Below, piece by piece: positions 43,493 through 53,040 of a stretch of DNA of 64,000 nucleotides. The stretch is taken from assembly GCA_030057915.1 (NCBI GenBank), contig JASGUC010000057.1:48841-112840 (forward strand). The letters are read 5' to 3'. How positions within the stretch are numbered: the stretch's first letter is position 1; each line of letters opens with the position of its first letter. Source of the stretch: Pseudomonadota bacterium. GTDB lineage: Bacteria > Desulfobacterota > Syntrophia > Syntrophales > UBA8958. The position numbers and the translations under genes were made by a program. A model generated the notes under the pieces. The model saw nothing but the letters and a program-made list of their open reading frames with translations, searched no databases and was not told the DNA's origin.

Positions 43493-45154
43493 ATGCAGGG
43501 CATACTTTCGGAAATCGGCGTCTCTATCCTCGCCGCTACCGTCCTGGGGTTTGTCTTCCAGTTCTTTCGCCAGCCGGTCATCCTGGGCTACCTGGTAGCC
43601 GGGGCGCTGATCGGGCCCGGCATCGGTTTCGAATTCGTCTCCGATCCCGCAAACATCGAGGTCATTTCGGAAATCGGCCTGATCCTCCTGCTCTTCATCA
43701 TCGGCCTGGAACTCAACCCCCGGAAGCTCCTCTCTTCGGGACGTCAGCTCTTCCATGCCGGAATCGGCCAGTTCATCCTCTGCGTCCTCCTCGGCGTGGG
43801 ATTCTTCATGGCCCTGGGATACGGGCTGGGAGACGGCCGCATCGACGCCCTCTATCTCGCCCTGTTCTGCGCGTTGAGCAGCACGGCAATCGTGGTCAAG
43901 CTCCTCTACGACAAATTCGAGCTGGACACCCTCCCCGGGCGGATCACCCTGGGGATCCTCATCTTCCAGGACCTCTGGGCGATCCTGATCCTGGCCTTTC
44001 AGCCCCATTTCACCAATCCCCGGGCCCTCCTGGTCGTTATGGCCTTGAGCAAGAGCCTGGCGCTTCTGGCCAGCGGCTACCTCCTGAGCAAATACCTCCT
44101 CCGTTGGGTCTTCGAGCAGATCGCGAAGACGCCGGAGATGGTGGTGGCCATGTCCATCTCCTGGTGCGCCTTTATGGCGGGGGTGGGCTCATGGATCGGC
44201 TTGTCCATGGAGATGGGGGCGCTCATCGCCGGTGTGGCGATTTCCACCTTTCCCTACAGCGTCCACGTGACGGCGAAGGTGCTTCCCCTGCGCGACTTTT
44301 TCCTCACCCTCTTCTTTCTCTCCATCGGCATGAAAATCCCCGTTCCCGATGCCTCCCTGCTCGTCATGGCGGTGGTGATCGTCCTGTTCGTCATCGTTTC
44401 TCGCTTCCTCTCCGTTTACCCACTGCTCTCCTGGGCGGGCAGCGGTCGGCGCACCGCTTTCATCGCCAGCCTCAACCTCTCCCAGATCAGCGAGTTCTCC
44501 CTGGTGGTGGCGGCCCTCGGGGTCGGCTTCGGCCATATCGACCAGCGGATGATGTCCCTGATCATCTACGCCATGGCCATAACCTCGGTGCTTTCCTCTT
44601 ATTTCGTCAAGGGGAATCATGCCGCCTATCTCCTTTTCGACCGCTTTATGGAAAGGATCGGCTTCCCGTCCCCGGCCAAGGAGAAGGAGGAGGAAACCGG
44701 CGCGGATCACTATCCGGTGGTCCTCCTGGGATTCCACCGGGGGGCCCGCGCCTTCTTGGATCGGCTGGAGGAGCTGGCCCCGGAACTGTTGAAGAAGATC
44801 CTCGTCATCGATTTCAATCTCGAAGTCCTCAGGGAACTGGGACATCGGGGCGTCAGAGGGGTCTTCGGCGACATCGGCAGCCTGGACACTCTGGAGCACA
44901 CCCACGTCGCGGAGGCCCACATCATCCTGTCCACCATCCCGGACATGCTCCTCAAGGGGACGAACAACCGCTCCATAGTTACGACCTGCCGGGCCGTGGC
45001 GCCCAACGCCGTCATTGTCGCCACCGCCGATTCCGCGGACCAGATCGACGCCCTGATGAGCTGCGGGGCCAACGAAGCGCTCCTGCCCTACGCCCTGATC
45101 GGGGACCATCTGGCCCGGTTCGTCGTCTCCAGCTTCCGGTCCGAGGCTGCCTGA
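43493..45154 (+). CDS. Kef-type (CPA2) cation:proton antiporter with C-terminal RCK/TrkA-N domain
   Basis: About 12 TM helices (…ISEIGLILLLFIIGLE…) followed by a soluble Rossmann-like domain (VVLLGFHRGARAF). Confidence 0.85.
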   Translation: MQGILSEIGVSILAATVLGFVFQFFRQPVILGYLVAGALIGPGIGFEFVSDPANIEVISEIGLILLLFIIGLELNPRKLLSSGRQLFHAGIGQFILCVLLGVGFFMALGYGLGDGRIDALYLALFCALSSTAIVVKLLYDKFELDTLPGRITLGILIFQDLWAILILAFQPHFTNPRALLVVMALSKSLALLASGYLLSKYLLRWVFEQIAKTPEMVVAMSISWCAFMAGVGSWIGLSMEMGALIAGVAISTFPYSVHVTAKVLPLRDFFLTLFFLSIGMKIPVPDASLLVMAVVIVLFVIVSRFLSVYPLLSWAGSGRRTAFIASLNLSQISEFSLVVAALGVGFGHIDQRMMSLIIYAMAITSVLSSYFVKGNHAAYLLFDRFMERIGFPSPAKEKEEETGADHYPVVLLGFHRGARAFLDRLEELAPELLKKILVIDFNLEVLRELGHRGVRGVFGDIGSLDTLEHTHVAEAHIILSTIPDMLLKGTNNRSIVTTCRAVAPNAVIVATADSADQIDALMSCGANEALLPYALIGDHLARFVVSSFRSEAA

Positions 45155-45207
45155 CCGGTTAATGAGCCCCCGGAGATCGGCGTCCCCGGGGCGCGGCGCA
45201 TGGCGTC

Positions 45208-47442
45208 ATGCAACTAATCCTGTTCAATATCGGCTTGATCTCCCTGCTGGGGCAGGTCATCCTCCTCCGGGAGTTGGCCGTCGCCGCCTATGGCGTGGAG
45301 CTGATCTATCTGTATGCCCTGGGCGTCTGGCTCCTGTGCGCCGCCGCCGGGGCCCTCATGGGCCGCCGCCGCTTCGTCGCCGCCGGGTCCATCGCGGTGG
45401 CGCTCATCGCCCTGGCGATCCTCCTGCCCGCCGCCGTGACGTTCGTCCGGGCGAGCCGCCTGCTTTTCGTCGGGGCGCCGGGGGCCTACCTTCCCTTTTC
45501 CCAACAGCTCCTCATCCCCGTCTTGGCCCTCGGCCCGATCGGGTTGCTGAGCGGTTTCCTCTTCCCCCCCGCGGCGACGCTTTATATCGAGGCCCGGCCC
45601 GGCGCGACCCGGACCCTGGCCGGGGCCTACGGCATCGAAAGTCTCGGCGCCCTGGCGGGGGGGCTCCTCGCCGTCCTGTCTTTGCAATTCAATCTCTCCA
45701 TGGCGGCGGTCACTCTTCTGACCAGCGCCTTTATCGCCATGAACGGCCTGGCGACCCCGCGAGGGAAGGGAGGGGGATCGGCATGGCTGGCCGGGGCATT
45801 GGCCGCCGCCGCCCTCATCGCCCTTCCCGGAGCGTCCCGGATCGACCGCATGACCAGCGCCTGGAACCATTCCGACCTGGTGGTGGTGGGGGAGACCGCC
45901 TACGGGCGGATCGTCGTGACCGGTCGTTCCGGACAGGCGGCGGTCTTTGAAAACGACGTGCTTGCCTTGGAAACGGAGGGGATCGAGGGAGAGACCTTCG
46001 CCCATCTCGTCGCCCTCCAGCACCCCCGGCCCCGACGGGTCCTCCTCTTGGGCGGGGGAACGGAGGGTATTGTGGCGGCCCTCCGCCGCCACGGCCCGGA
46101 GCGAATCGATGTGGTGGAGCTGAACGAACGGATGGTCGGGATGGTTCTGCCCCAGTTGCCCCCGGAGCACCGGCAGGCCCTGACGACCCCGCCGGCGCGT
46201 CTCGTCTTCGCCGATCCCCGGGCCTTCCTCCGGGGCGGCGATCCCGGCGGCCGTCTCTCCCCCCCCGACAACTACGACCTGATCCTGGTGGCCATGCCGG
46301 GGCCCGCCTCCGGGCAGGGCAACCGCTTCTACACCCGGGAGTTCTTCCGGATCTGCGCGACCCGGCTGCGGCCGGGGGGGATCCTCGGGCTCCGCCTCCG
46401 GGCGGCGGAGAATATCTGGCCCCCGCCATTGGCCCGCCGCATGGCGGCCATCCATCGGGCGTTGCAGGGGGAGTTCCCCCGCGTCCTCTTTCTCCCCGGG
46501 ACCACGAACATCGTTACCGCCTCCGTCGCCCCCCTGCCGGAAGACGCGGCGTCGCTCAGCGCCCGCTGGGTCGCCCGGGGGATCGAGGCGCGACTAGTAA
46601 GGCCGGCGTATATCGAATATCTGTTCGCCAACGACCGCTTCGAGGAGATCCGCCGGCGCCTGACGGAGACGGAAACCGCCGCCAACAGCGATCTCCAGCC
46701 GGTATGTTACCGCTTAGCCCTGCAGCTCTGGCTATCCAAGTTCTTTCCCCGGGCGTCTCTCCTGGATTTTTCCCTCTCCCGCCCTGTCCTGTCTAGGCCC
46801 CTGGCCGCTGTCTCCCTCCTGGCCGTCGTCGGGCTTCTGTTCCTTGTCCGGACCTCCCCGGCGGGTCGGCGGATCGTCCTGGCGGCGGTGGCCGGTTTTG
46901 CCGGGATGATCCTCCAGAACGTGCTGCTGCTGTACTATCAAGTCAAAAACGGCGCTCTCTACCAGGATATCGGGCTGCTCATGGCGTCCTTCATGGCCGG
47001 CCTGGCCCTGGGGGCGCTGCTGACGCACCGCCGTCTCCCCGCCGGTAAGCTCCGACGGGTCGGCGTTCCGGCCTGTTTTTTCACCCTGGCGGCGCTGATC
47101 CATCTCATCCTGTTCCGACAGGGCGGTCTTGGGCTGCCATCCATAGCGGCCCTCCTGGCCCTCTCCGGCTTCTTTTCCGGGGCCCTCTTCGCCCAGGCCG
47201 CAGTGGCGGCTGATCCTGACTGTCCCGACGGCGCCGAACGCCACGGTTTCCCCGCTGATCCCGCTTGCCCCGACGACCCCGGGCGCAACCGGGGCCTCGC
47301 CGCCCCCCTCTACGCCGCCGATCTTCTGGGGGGTGCCGCCGGCGCCGTCCTCGGCGGCCTGATCCTCATCCCGGCGGCGGGCCTCACCCTCCCCGTGGCG
47401 ATCGCCGCCGTGTCGATCCTCCTGACCCTGCTCGTCGTCTGA
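45208..47442 (+). CDS. Membrane-fused spermidine-synthase-like protein (polytopic N- and C-terminal membrane domains flanking an aminopropyltransferase/methyltransferase fold)
   Basis: 744 aa. The central RVLLLGGGTEGIVAALRRHGPERIDVVELNERMV resembles the SpeE nucleotide-binding region. Hydrophobic helices lie on both sides. Confidence 0.7.
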   Translation: MQLILFNIGLISLLGQVILLRELAVAAYGVELIYLYALGVWLLCAAAGALMGRRRFVAAGSIAVALIALAILLPAAVTFVRASRLLFVGAPGAYLPFSQQLLIPVLALGPIGLLSGFLFPPAATLYIEARPGATRTLAGAYGIESLGALAGGLLAVLSLQFNLSMAAVTLLTSAFIAMNGLATPRGKGGGSAWLAGALAAAALIALPGASRIDRMTSAWNHSDLVVVGETAYGRIVVTGRSGQAAVFENDVLALETEGIEGETFAHLVALQHPRPRRVLLLGGGTEGIVAALRRHGPERIDVVELNERMVGMVLPQLPPEHRQALTTPPARLVFADPRAFLRGGDPGGRLSPPDNYDLILVAMPGPASGQGNRFYTREFFRICATRLRPGGILGLRLRAAENIWPPPLARRMAAIHRALQGEFPRVLFLPGTTNIVTASVAPLPEDAASLSARWVARGIEARLVRPAYIEYLFANDRFEEIRRRLTETETAANSDLQPVCYRLALQLWLSKFFPRASLLDFSLSRPVLSRPLAAVSLLAVVGLLFLVRTSPAGRRIVLAAVAGFAGMILQNVLLLYYQVKNGALYQDIGLLMASFMAGLALGALLTHRRLPAGKLRRVGVPACFFTLAALIHLILFRQGGLGLPSIAALLALSGFFSGALFAQAAVAADPDCPDGAERHGFPADPACPDDPGRNRGLAAPLYAADLLGGAAGAVLGGLILIPAAGLTLPVAIAAVSILLTLLVV

Positions 47443-47567
47443 ACGCCCCGCCGGCAAGAACGAGTCTTCCCTGGCGAACCAGCGGGTTACTTATCCAGAA
47501 GAGGGGCGGCTGCGATGGAGTGGGTCCCGGATGTAAACAGAACGGACTCCGATCCAAACCTTTACGC

Positions 47568-47699
47568 GAGACCTTTGAAAATCCACCCATTCCTGTCGCT
47601 CCGGCAAAAGTCGGACTCCAGGACGCCTTGCCAACGCCTTATTCCAGCTTCCACGGGGATGACGACAGGGAGTCGGATAAGGATTTTTTCGAAGGTCTC
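47568..47699. mobile_element. 132-bp TIR-bounded mosaic element, subfamily C
   Basis: GAGACCTTTGAAAA ... TTTTTTCGAAGGTCTC. The interior is CCTGTCGCTCCGGCAAAAGTCGG plus CCACGGGGATGACGACAGGGAGTCGG. Confidence 0.7.
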
Positions 47700-47715
47700 A
47701 TTGCGATCATCGGCA

Positions 47716-47862
47716 AATCAAAGGCCTCGATTTTTTTATTGACCCTGAAAACCCATCCATAGTAATTGCCAAGCGCGATGGAGAAAGCGCAACCTTTGAA
47801 GAATGGATTACCCGCGGCGCCCGAAATCCCTTGCGCGTCGTCATGGGCAATGAATGATTCTC
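47716..47862. repeat. Degenerate fragments of the same repeat family
   Basis: A lone right terminus ATCAAAGGCCTC (47716-47728). A left-arm-like segment CAACCTTTGAAGAATGG...GCGTCGTCATGGGCAATGAATG (about 47789-47862). Confidence 0.35.
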
Positions 47863-47998
47863 GTTCCTTGCCCGGCGTCAAGTTGAATCAAAAACGGCGG
47901 GAAACATTCGCTTCGCCGCTTGCCAACCATTTATTCGCGGCTACGCAAGGCCCTTGCCGCGCCTTCCCGACCCACGGCTACAGGAGGACGAAGACACT

Positions 47999-48472
47999 GT
48001 GAACCCAAGAAGTCGATTTCGCCTCCCCGCCATTACGGTTCTGGGGATGGGTATTATTATCGGCGCGGTTCTCACGGTGCTAACGGTTGGTGGGTATAAA
48101 GCCTCGGGAAATCCCCGTTTCTGCGCCTCTTGCCACAGCATGGAGCATGTCCAGAATCGCTGGCAGCAATCGAACCATAAGCAATTCGGCTGCATCGAAT
48201 GCCATCTGCCGGACGCCAACATCGCCGCGCAGGCATCCTACAAGGTCCAGGCCGGTCTCAACGATCTTTTTCACGAGACCCTAAGGGACTATCCCGCGGC
48301 GATCCGCATCTCGGCGAAGGGGAGGGATATCCTACGCGGCAACTGCCTCAGATGTCATCAGACGACGATTGAAAACACGGCGATGGTCAAAGGCGAGGCC
48401 GATTGCCTCAAGTGTCATCGCTTTCTGGTTCACGGCCGGGGAATGGAGAGGGGAGGGATGAGAGTTGAATAA
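47999..48472 (+). CDS. nrfH: Cytochrome c nitrite reductase small subunit NrfH (tetrahaem NapC/NirT family)
   Basis: Four CxxCH motifs (CASCH, CIECH, CLRCH, CLKCH) and an N-terminal TM helix. GTG 47999 lies 10 nt after AGGAGG; the track ORF starts at 47954. Confidence 0.88.
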   Translation: MNPRSRFRLPAITVLGMGIIIGAVLTVLTVGGYKASGNPRFCASCHSMEHVQNRWQQSNHKQFGCIECHLPDANIAAQASYKVQAGLNDLFHETLRDYPAAIRISAKGRDILRGNCLRCHQTTIENTAMVKGEADCLKCHRFLVHGRGMERGGMRVE

Positions 48473-49748
48473 GAAAAGAACGACGATACTTGTTTCGCTT
48501 CTGTTGGCGGTCGCCCTGATCGGTGTCGCGATTGTCATTCAGGCCTTCGTCCGCAAGCCCGACTCGCGGTTCAAACTGGCAGTCATTCCCGCCGGCGAAT
48601 ATGATCCGGCGGTCTGGGGGAGGCATTACCCCCTGCAATATGAGAGCTACCGCAAGAATCTGGAAATGTCGCCTTCCCCCACCGGTTTCGGCGGCAGCAT
48701 GAAGGTGCAGAAATCCATCAAAGAACCGGAGATCCTTATCAATTTCAAGGGTATGGCCTTTAGTAAGGACTACACGGAAGAACGGGGACACCCCTATGCC
48801 CTTCAGGATCTGAAAGAGACGAAGCGGGTGACGCCGGCCAGCCCCGGGGCCTGCATGACCTGCAAGACGGCGAATCTGATCGATATTTTTAAAAGCAAGG
48901 GGTGGCAATACGCGAATACGCCCCTTCCGGAGCTTTATCCCCTGATGAAACATCCCATTGTTTGCGCCAACTGTCATGACTCGGCGACAATGAATCTCCG
49001 GGTGGTCAATCCGGCGTTTGTGGAGGCCATGGAGCGACGCGGCATCGACGTGAAGAAGGCGTCCCGGGAGGAGATGCGGAGCTATGTGTGCGGACAGTGT
49101 CATGTGGAATACTATTTCGAACCGGAGTCCAACAAGGTCGTCTTTCCCTGGGACAGGGGTTTGCTGCCGGAGCAGATGTATGCCTATTATCAAGAGAAAC
49201 CCGCCGGTTTCGTTCAGGATTGGCAACATCCCGATTCTGGGGCCAAGATGCTCAAGGCCCAGCATCCGGATTTCGAAACCTGGCAAAACGGCGTGCATGG
49301 CAAATCCGGCGTGTCCTGCGCCGACTGCCATATGCCCTATGTCCGCAAGAACGGGAGGAAATACACCTCCCACTGGATGACGAGCCCCATGCGGACAACA
49401 AGGGAATCCTGCATGACCTGTCATACCCAGAGCGCGGAATGGCTCCTCCAGCGCGTCAAGACGATCCAAGGCAACGTCTGGCAATTGCAGAGAGCGGCGG
49501 GACAGGCGGTGTCCCGGGCGCACGAGGTCGTCGGGAAGGCGGGCAAGACGACGGGAGTCAAGCAGGCGGAGCTTGCCAAGGCGCGGGAACTGCTCCGAAA
49601 GGCCCAATGGTTCTGGGATATTGTGGCGGCGGAGAACAGTATGGGATTCCACAATCCCGATCAGGTCCTCAATACCCTGGGACAGTCCATCGACATGGCC
49701 CATCAGGCCGTCGCGACGGCCGAGAAAGCGGCGAACCGACCTTTCTGA
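48465..49748 (+). CDS. nrfA: Pentahaem cytochrome c nitrite reductase NrfA
   Basis: The diagnostic CxxCK active-site motif (CMTCK) plus four CxxCH motifs (CANCH, CGQCH, CADCH, CMTCH). Signal peptide. TTG start overlapping the nrfH end. Confidence 0.92.
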   Translation: MNKKRTTILVSLLLAVALIGVAIVIQAFVRKPDSRFKLAVIPAGEYDPAVWGRHYPLQYESYRKNLEMSPSPTGFGGSMKVQKSIKEPEILINFKGMAFSKDYTEERGHPYALQDLKETKRVTPASPGACMTCKTANLIDIFKSKGWQYANTPLPELYPLMKHPIVCANCHDSATMNLRVVNPAFVEAMERRGIDVKKASREEMRSYVCGQCHVEYYFEPESNKVVFPWDRGLLPEQMYAYYQEKPAGFVQDWQHPDSGAKMLKAQHPDFETWQNGVHGKSGVSCADCHMPYVRKNGRKYTSHWMTSPMRTTRESCMTCHTQSAEWLLQRVKTIQGNVWQLQRAAGQAVSRAHEVVGKAGKTTGVKQAELAKARELLRKAQWFWDIVAAENSMGFHNPDQVLNTLGQSIDMAHQAVATAEKAANRPF

Positions 49749-49823
49749 CTCGCCCGGATAACCGTCGGCGGGCTAAAGGGACGACACATCGAACAGCAAT
49801 CAAGAAGGAGGAGGAGGATAACC

Positions 49824-50159
49824 ATGAGCGAAACGCCCATCCATGAAGATCTGATCGCCCGACCGCTGAAACTCGCCGGGCTGGCATCGTATCGGGAGCA
49901 TTCCATCGTCAGTCGGGAGATCGTCAAGAAGGCGACGGGAACCGTGACGGTCTTTGCCTTCGATGCGGGCGAGGGGCTGAGCGAACACACCGCGCCTTTC
50001 GATGCCCTGGTTTACGCCCTGGAAGGCCAGGGGGAGATCATGATCTCCAAGGTCTGGCACACCGTCAAGGAAGGGGAGATGATCGTCATGCCGGCCAACC
50101 ATCCCCATGCGGTAAACGCCGACAAACGCTTCAAAATGCTTTTGGTTCTCGTAAAATAG
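49824..50159 (+). CDS. Cupin-domain protein
   Basis: 111 aa with a strong GGAGGAGGAGG SD. Cupin_2-like G..SEHTAPFDALVYALEG...MPANHPHAV. Confidence 0.75.
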   Translation: MSETPIHEDLIARPLKLAGLASYREHSIVSREIVKKATGTVTVFAFDAGEGLSEHTAPFDALVYALEGQGEIMISKVWHTVKEGEMIVMPANHPHAVNADKRFKMLLVLVK

Positions 50160-50284
50160 GCGCGAGAATCCGGCGCGGACCCCGCGAGCCGCCATGGTCC
50201 TCCCGCCGCCCACGGCCTGGCGCGTCCGTTCGTATTCATGGCCGGCAAGCGCGGCGACGCGGCAAGGCGGGACGGGGAAATGCG

Positions 50285-50416
50285 CCGGCCGCTCAAAACC
50301 CCGGGGGAAGAAACCGCGAGTCGCCCGAGGTGTCAACCGTTCGTTGAAAACCCGGCCTTCCGGCTTCGGCCGGGGCGACGGCAGGGCGTCGGTAACAGCG
50401 TTTTTCCAAGGGCGAG
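50285..50416. repeat. Degenerate subfamily C element, inverted orientation
   Basis: CTTCGGCCGGGGCGACGGCAGGGCG is the reverse complement of the CCTGTCGCCCCGGCAAAAG module. It ends in TTTTTCCAAGGGCGAG and shares GAG with the next element. Confidence 0.45.
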
Positions 50417-50695
50417 ACCTTTGAAAAACTGCCGCCCATGCCCTGTCGGGCCTGACCCGGGATCCAGAAGATAGTTGAAGACACGAGAGCCTTGAAAATC
50501 TACGCTTTCCCGTGGCCCCGACCAAAACCGGCTTCCAGAACATCTTGGGAACACGGTATTGGTCTTCCACGGGGATGACGACAGGGAGTCGGATACGGAA
50601 TTTTTCAACGGCGTTTTCCCAAGGTCTCGACACCGGATTCCCACCTTGCCGGGAGGGGCCACGGGGAGGACACAACGGGGTTTTGCAAAGGCCTC
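50414..50695. mobile_element. Subfamily B element (inverted orientation) split by a nested insertion; reconstitutes to 133 bp
   Basis: 50414-50484 and 50634-50695 align end to end with the reverse complement of 54819-54952. GACAC is duplicated at 50480-50484 and 50629-50633. Confidence 0.75.
50485..50628. mobile_element. 144-bp subfamily C element nested inside the subfamily B copy, flanked by the 5-bp duplication GACAC
   Basis: GAGAGCCTTGAAAA ... TTTTCCCAAGGTCTC. The interior aligns with 47568-47699. Confidence 0.75.
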
Positions 50696-51728
50696 AAGGC
50701 TCGATAAGGGGTTGGCCCGCCGTCTCTTCCCGGTCCTTCCGGATGAACTCCAGAAGTTCCCTGGCAAAATCGCTCCAGAGAACGATCCGGTCGAAATCCG
50801 GGGGACAGTCCAGTTTCTGCATGAGCAGTCCGTCGCCGTCGAACCACCGGGGCAGCGCGGCGCCGAAAAAATAGCCCCGCCGTCGCAAAATGTCCACGCT
50901 CCCGCCGACCCACGGCTGGGTCAAGTTCAGAAACGCCTGGAAAACCACGGCATTCCTTTCCTTTGCCCGTCCTTCCAATTCCTCGATCCGGGCGGAAAAA
51001 TCTCTTCCGGAGCTGGAAAAAGTCATCCGCGCCACCCCGGCGGACTCATAGATCTGCAGCTCCGCCTCGGTCGTCGCGTCCGACGGCGCGGTTTCCTCCG
51101 GCAAGGCCGAGAGGCGGAGTTCCCGGCGATCATCCAGTCGGGCGTATATGCGCCGCAAGATATCCTCGTATTCCCGGGGCAGGAAGATTCGATGCGCCTT
51201 GGGAATGAAGCAGCGAAATACACACAGGGTTGCCACACGCCCCGGGTCGTCTGCCTCGTTGGCGTAGGCCTCCGCGGGCATGAGGGCCGCCTCGATCCCG
51301 GTTTCGAGGTAGCGACTGGCGTCGCAGGCCTTCTGCAGATGGACGTGATTGCAGATGGCTTCGCCGAAGAGCTCCTCGATATGCCGTTTGTCGGGGATGA
51401 ACCGACGGTGAAGGAAGTCGGTCAGATATTGATTGACCCCGGCATTTCGCCATTCCTTCAAAACGAGACCGGCGCCCCACTCATACAGGTTTTTTGCGGA
51501 GGCATGGCGAAACAGATGGGTCGCGCCGATGATTTTGCCCTCCGGACCGCGGGCAACGATGGAATAGATGCGGCCCTCCCCGACGGCCGCCGCCAGTTCT
51601 TCAGGTTCGTAGAAGGTTCGGACGGGATAGCCCTCGCCATAAACGCTCCGAAAAAGAGCGGCGATCCCTTCTCCGTCCCCCGGGCGAAATTCTCCCACGG
51701 AATAGTTGGTCGGTCCATTTGACGCCAT
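50694..51728 (-). CDS. GNAT-family N-acetyltransferase with an uncharacterised C-terminal domain
   Basis: 344 aa. The N-terminal about 130 aa has the GNAT pattern (FRPGDGEGIAALFRSVYG...IIGATHL...GAGLVLKEWRNAGV). The stop codon overlaps the repeat terminus by 2 nt. Confidence 0.6.
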   Translation of the reverse strand: MASNGPTNYSVGEFRPGDGEGIAALFRSVYGEGYPVRTFYEPEELAAAVGEGRIYSIVARGPEGKIIGATHLFRHASAKNLYEWGAGLVLKEWRNAGVNQYLTDFLHRRFIPDKRHIEELFGEAICNHVHLQKACDASRYLETGIEAALMPAEAYANEADDPGRVATLCVFRCFIPKAHRIFLPREYEDILRRIYARLDDRRELRLSALPEETAPSDATTEAELQIYESAGVARMTFSSSGRDFSARIEELEGRAKERNAVVFQAFLNLTQPWVGGSVDILRRRGYFFGAALPRWFDGDGLLMQKLDCPPDFDRIVLWSDFARELLEFIRKDREETAGQPLIEP

Positions 51729-51735
51729 ATCTTTT

Positions 51736-52911
51736 CTACCTCCTCAATAGTGTTAGGGCGAGCAAAACGAATCCCGCGGCCCCATAAAACAAAAGGTCAA
51801 AACCGCCGCCGCCGGCAATGAAGGCGCCGCCCAGATAGGGCGTGAGGAAATAGGCCCCATCGAGGACAAATAGCGTCATATTGACGTTCATCCCCCGCAG
51901 GTTCGGCGCGGAGGCGGAAAAGAGCAGGGCGTTGAGCACGGGCAGGGCCACGCCCATGGCGACGCCGTAAAGGACGGCCAGGAAATGCCAGACAACGGGG
52001 AAGGCGGCATGGGGAAGGATGGCCAGGCACAGGATCAGGGCGACCAGGGTCAACCGTAGCAGCGCCCGCTTGTCGAGGCGGTCCAGGATCAGGGCGCCGC
52101 AGAGCCGGACGGCGATCATGGCCGCCATGGAAACGCCGAAGAAGGCCCCGGCGTCGCCGACGCCCGTTTCGATGACGAGATTCTTGATAAAGTAGAAGAC
52201 GGTGGCGTGGGCCACGTAAACAAAAAGAATCGCCCCCAGCAGGAGCGCCACGGCGCGTTGACGGAAGTTGTCCCGCAGCTCTCCCCAGGGCAAACGCTGC
52301 ATCAGCGTTCTGTCCATCCGGGCGATGGCGGTCTGGATGCGTCGGCGCTGGACCAGCATAAGCCCGATGCCAAGGAACGAAAAGACAGAGACGCCGGCAT
52401 AGATCCCCGCGGCATTGTCCAGATGGGGCAGGATCGTTTCGGTCAGCGGCGGGATGACGGCAAAGGGAATCATGGTGGCGACGGTCAAGATGCTGAATCC
52501 CTGGCCGCTTTTTTCCGGGGGGATGAAGATCACCAGGATGGATATCGTGGCGGAGGTGAGCAGAACAAAAACCGCCCCGTGAGCAATGCGCAGCAAGATC
52601 AAACCGGGAAGCGCGGTTATCCAGAGGTAGGAACATGAAACGGCGATAAGCAGCGCCAGGGAAACCATGGCGACGCCGTAAGCGTTCCGAAGATGGAGCC
52701 AGGGCAGGACAAAAAGGCGCAGCGCAAAGGCGGCCATCGGTTCCAGCCCGACCAGGACGCCCCGCCAGGCGACCGGGATTTTAATGCCCTCCAGATAGTG
52801 ATAGAAGGTGTAAAAAACGCTGATATTGCAAAAGGCGGCAACGACGATCAGGCAAAGGCCCAGGAACTCTCTATTAAACGGATGCCCCGCGGAAGCGTTT
52901 TCGCTGTTCAT
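51736..52911 (-). CDS. MFS transporter
   Basis: 391 aa with about 12 TM helices in two 6-helix halves. It starts 7 nt upstream of the GNAT gene, so the pair probably forms an operon. Confidence 0.8.
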   Translation of the reverse strand: MNSENASAGHPFNREFLGLCLIVVAAFCNISVFYTFYHYLEGIKIPVAWRGVLVGLEPMAAFALRLFVLPWLHLRNAYGVAMVSLALLIAVSCSYLWITALPGLILLRIAHGAVFVLLTSATISILVIFIPPEKSGQGFSILTVATMIPFAVIPPLTETILPHLDNAAGIYAGVSVFSFLGIGLMLVQRRRIQTAIARMDRTLMQRLPWGELRDNFRQRAVALLLGAILFVYVAHATVFYFIKNLVIETGVGDAGAFFGVSMAAMIAVRLCGALILDRLDKRALLRLTLVALILCLAILPHAAFPVVWHFLAVLYGVAMGVALPVLNALLFSASAPNLRGMNVNMTLFVLDGAYFLTPYLGGAFIAGGGGFDLLFYGAAGFVLLALTLLRR

Positions 52912-52916
52912 GCTTT

Positions 52917-53040
52917 GAGGCCTTTGAAAAATGCCGCCTCCGAGTTCCCGTCGTCATGCCGGCGGAAGCCGGAATGCTTTGTTTCCAAGGTATTCCCGTT
53001 AAGGCGGCGTTGGAAAGCACGGGACTTTGTTCAAGAATCA
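52917..53040. mobile_element. 124-bp subfamily A element with a degenerate right terminus
   Basis: GAGGCCTTTGAAAAATGCCGCCTCCGAGTTCCCGTCGTCATGCCGGCGGAAGCCGGAATGC is collinear with 25605 and 35410. It begins 6 nt from the MFS start codon. Confidence 0.6.

Noticed and set aside
47860-47998. FNR/CRP-type site (TTGAATCAA) or a sigma-54 promoter upstream of nrfH.
   Set aside because: Only a 9-bp palindrome is present, not TTGAT-N4-ATCAA. No TGGCAC-N5-TTGC with correct spacing was found.
50559-51722. 387-aa + strand ORF.
   Set aside because: It is antisense to the GNAT-domain gene, and its 5' part lies in repeat elements.
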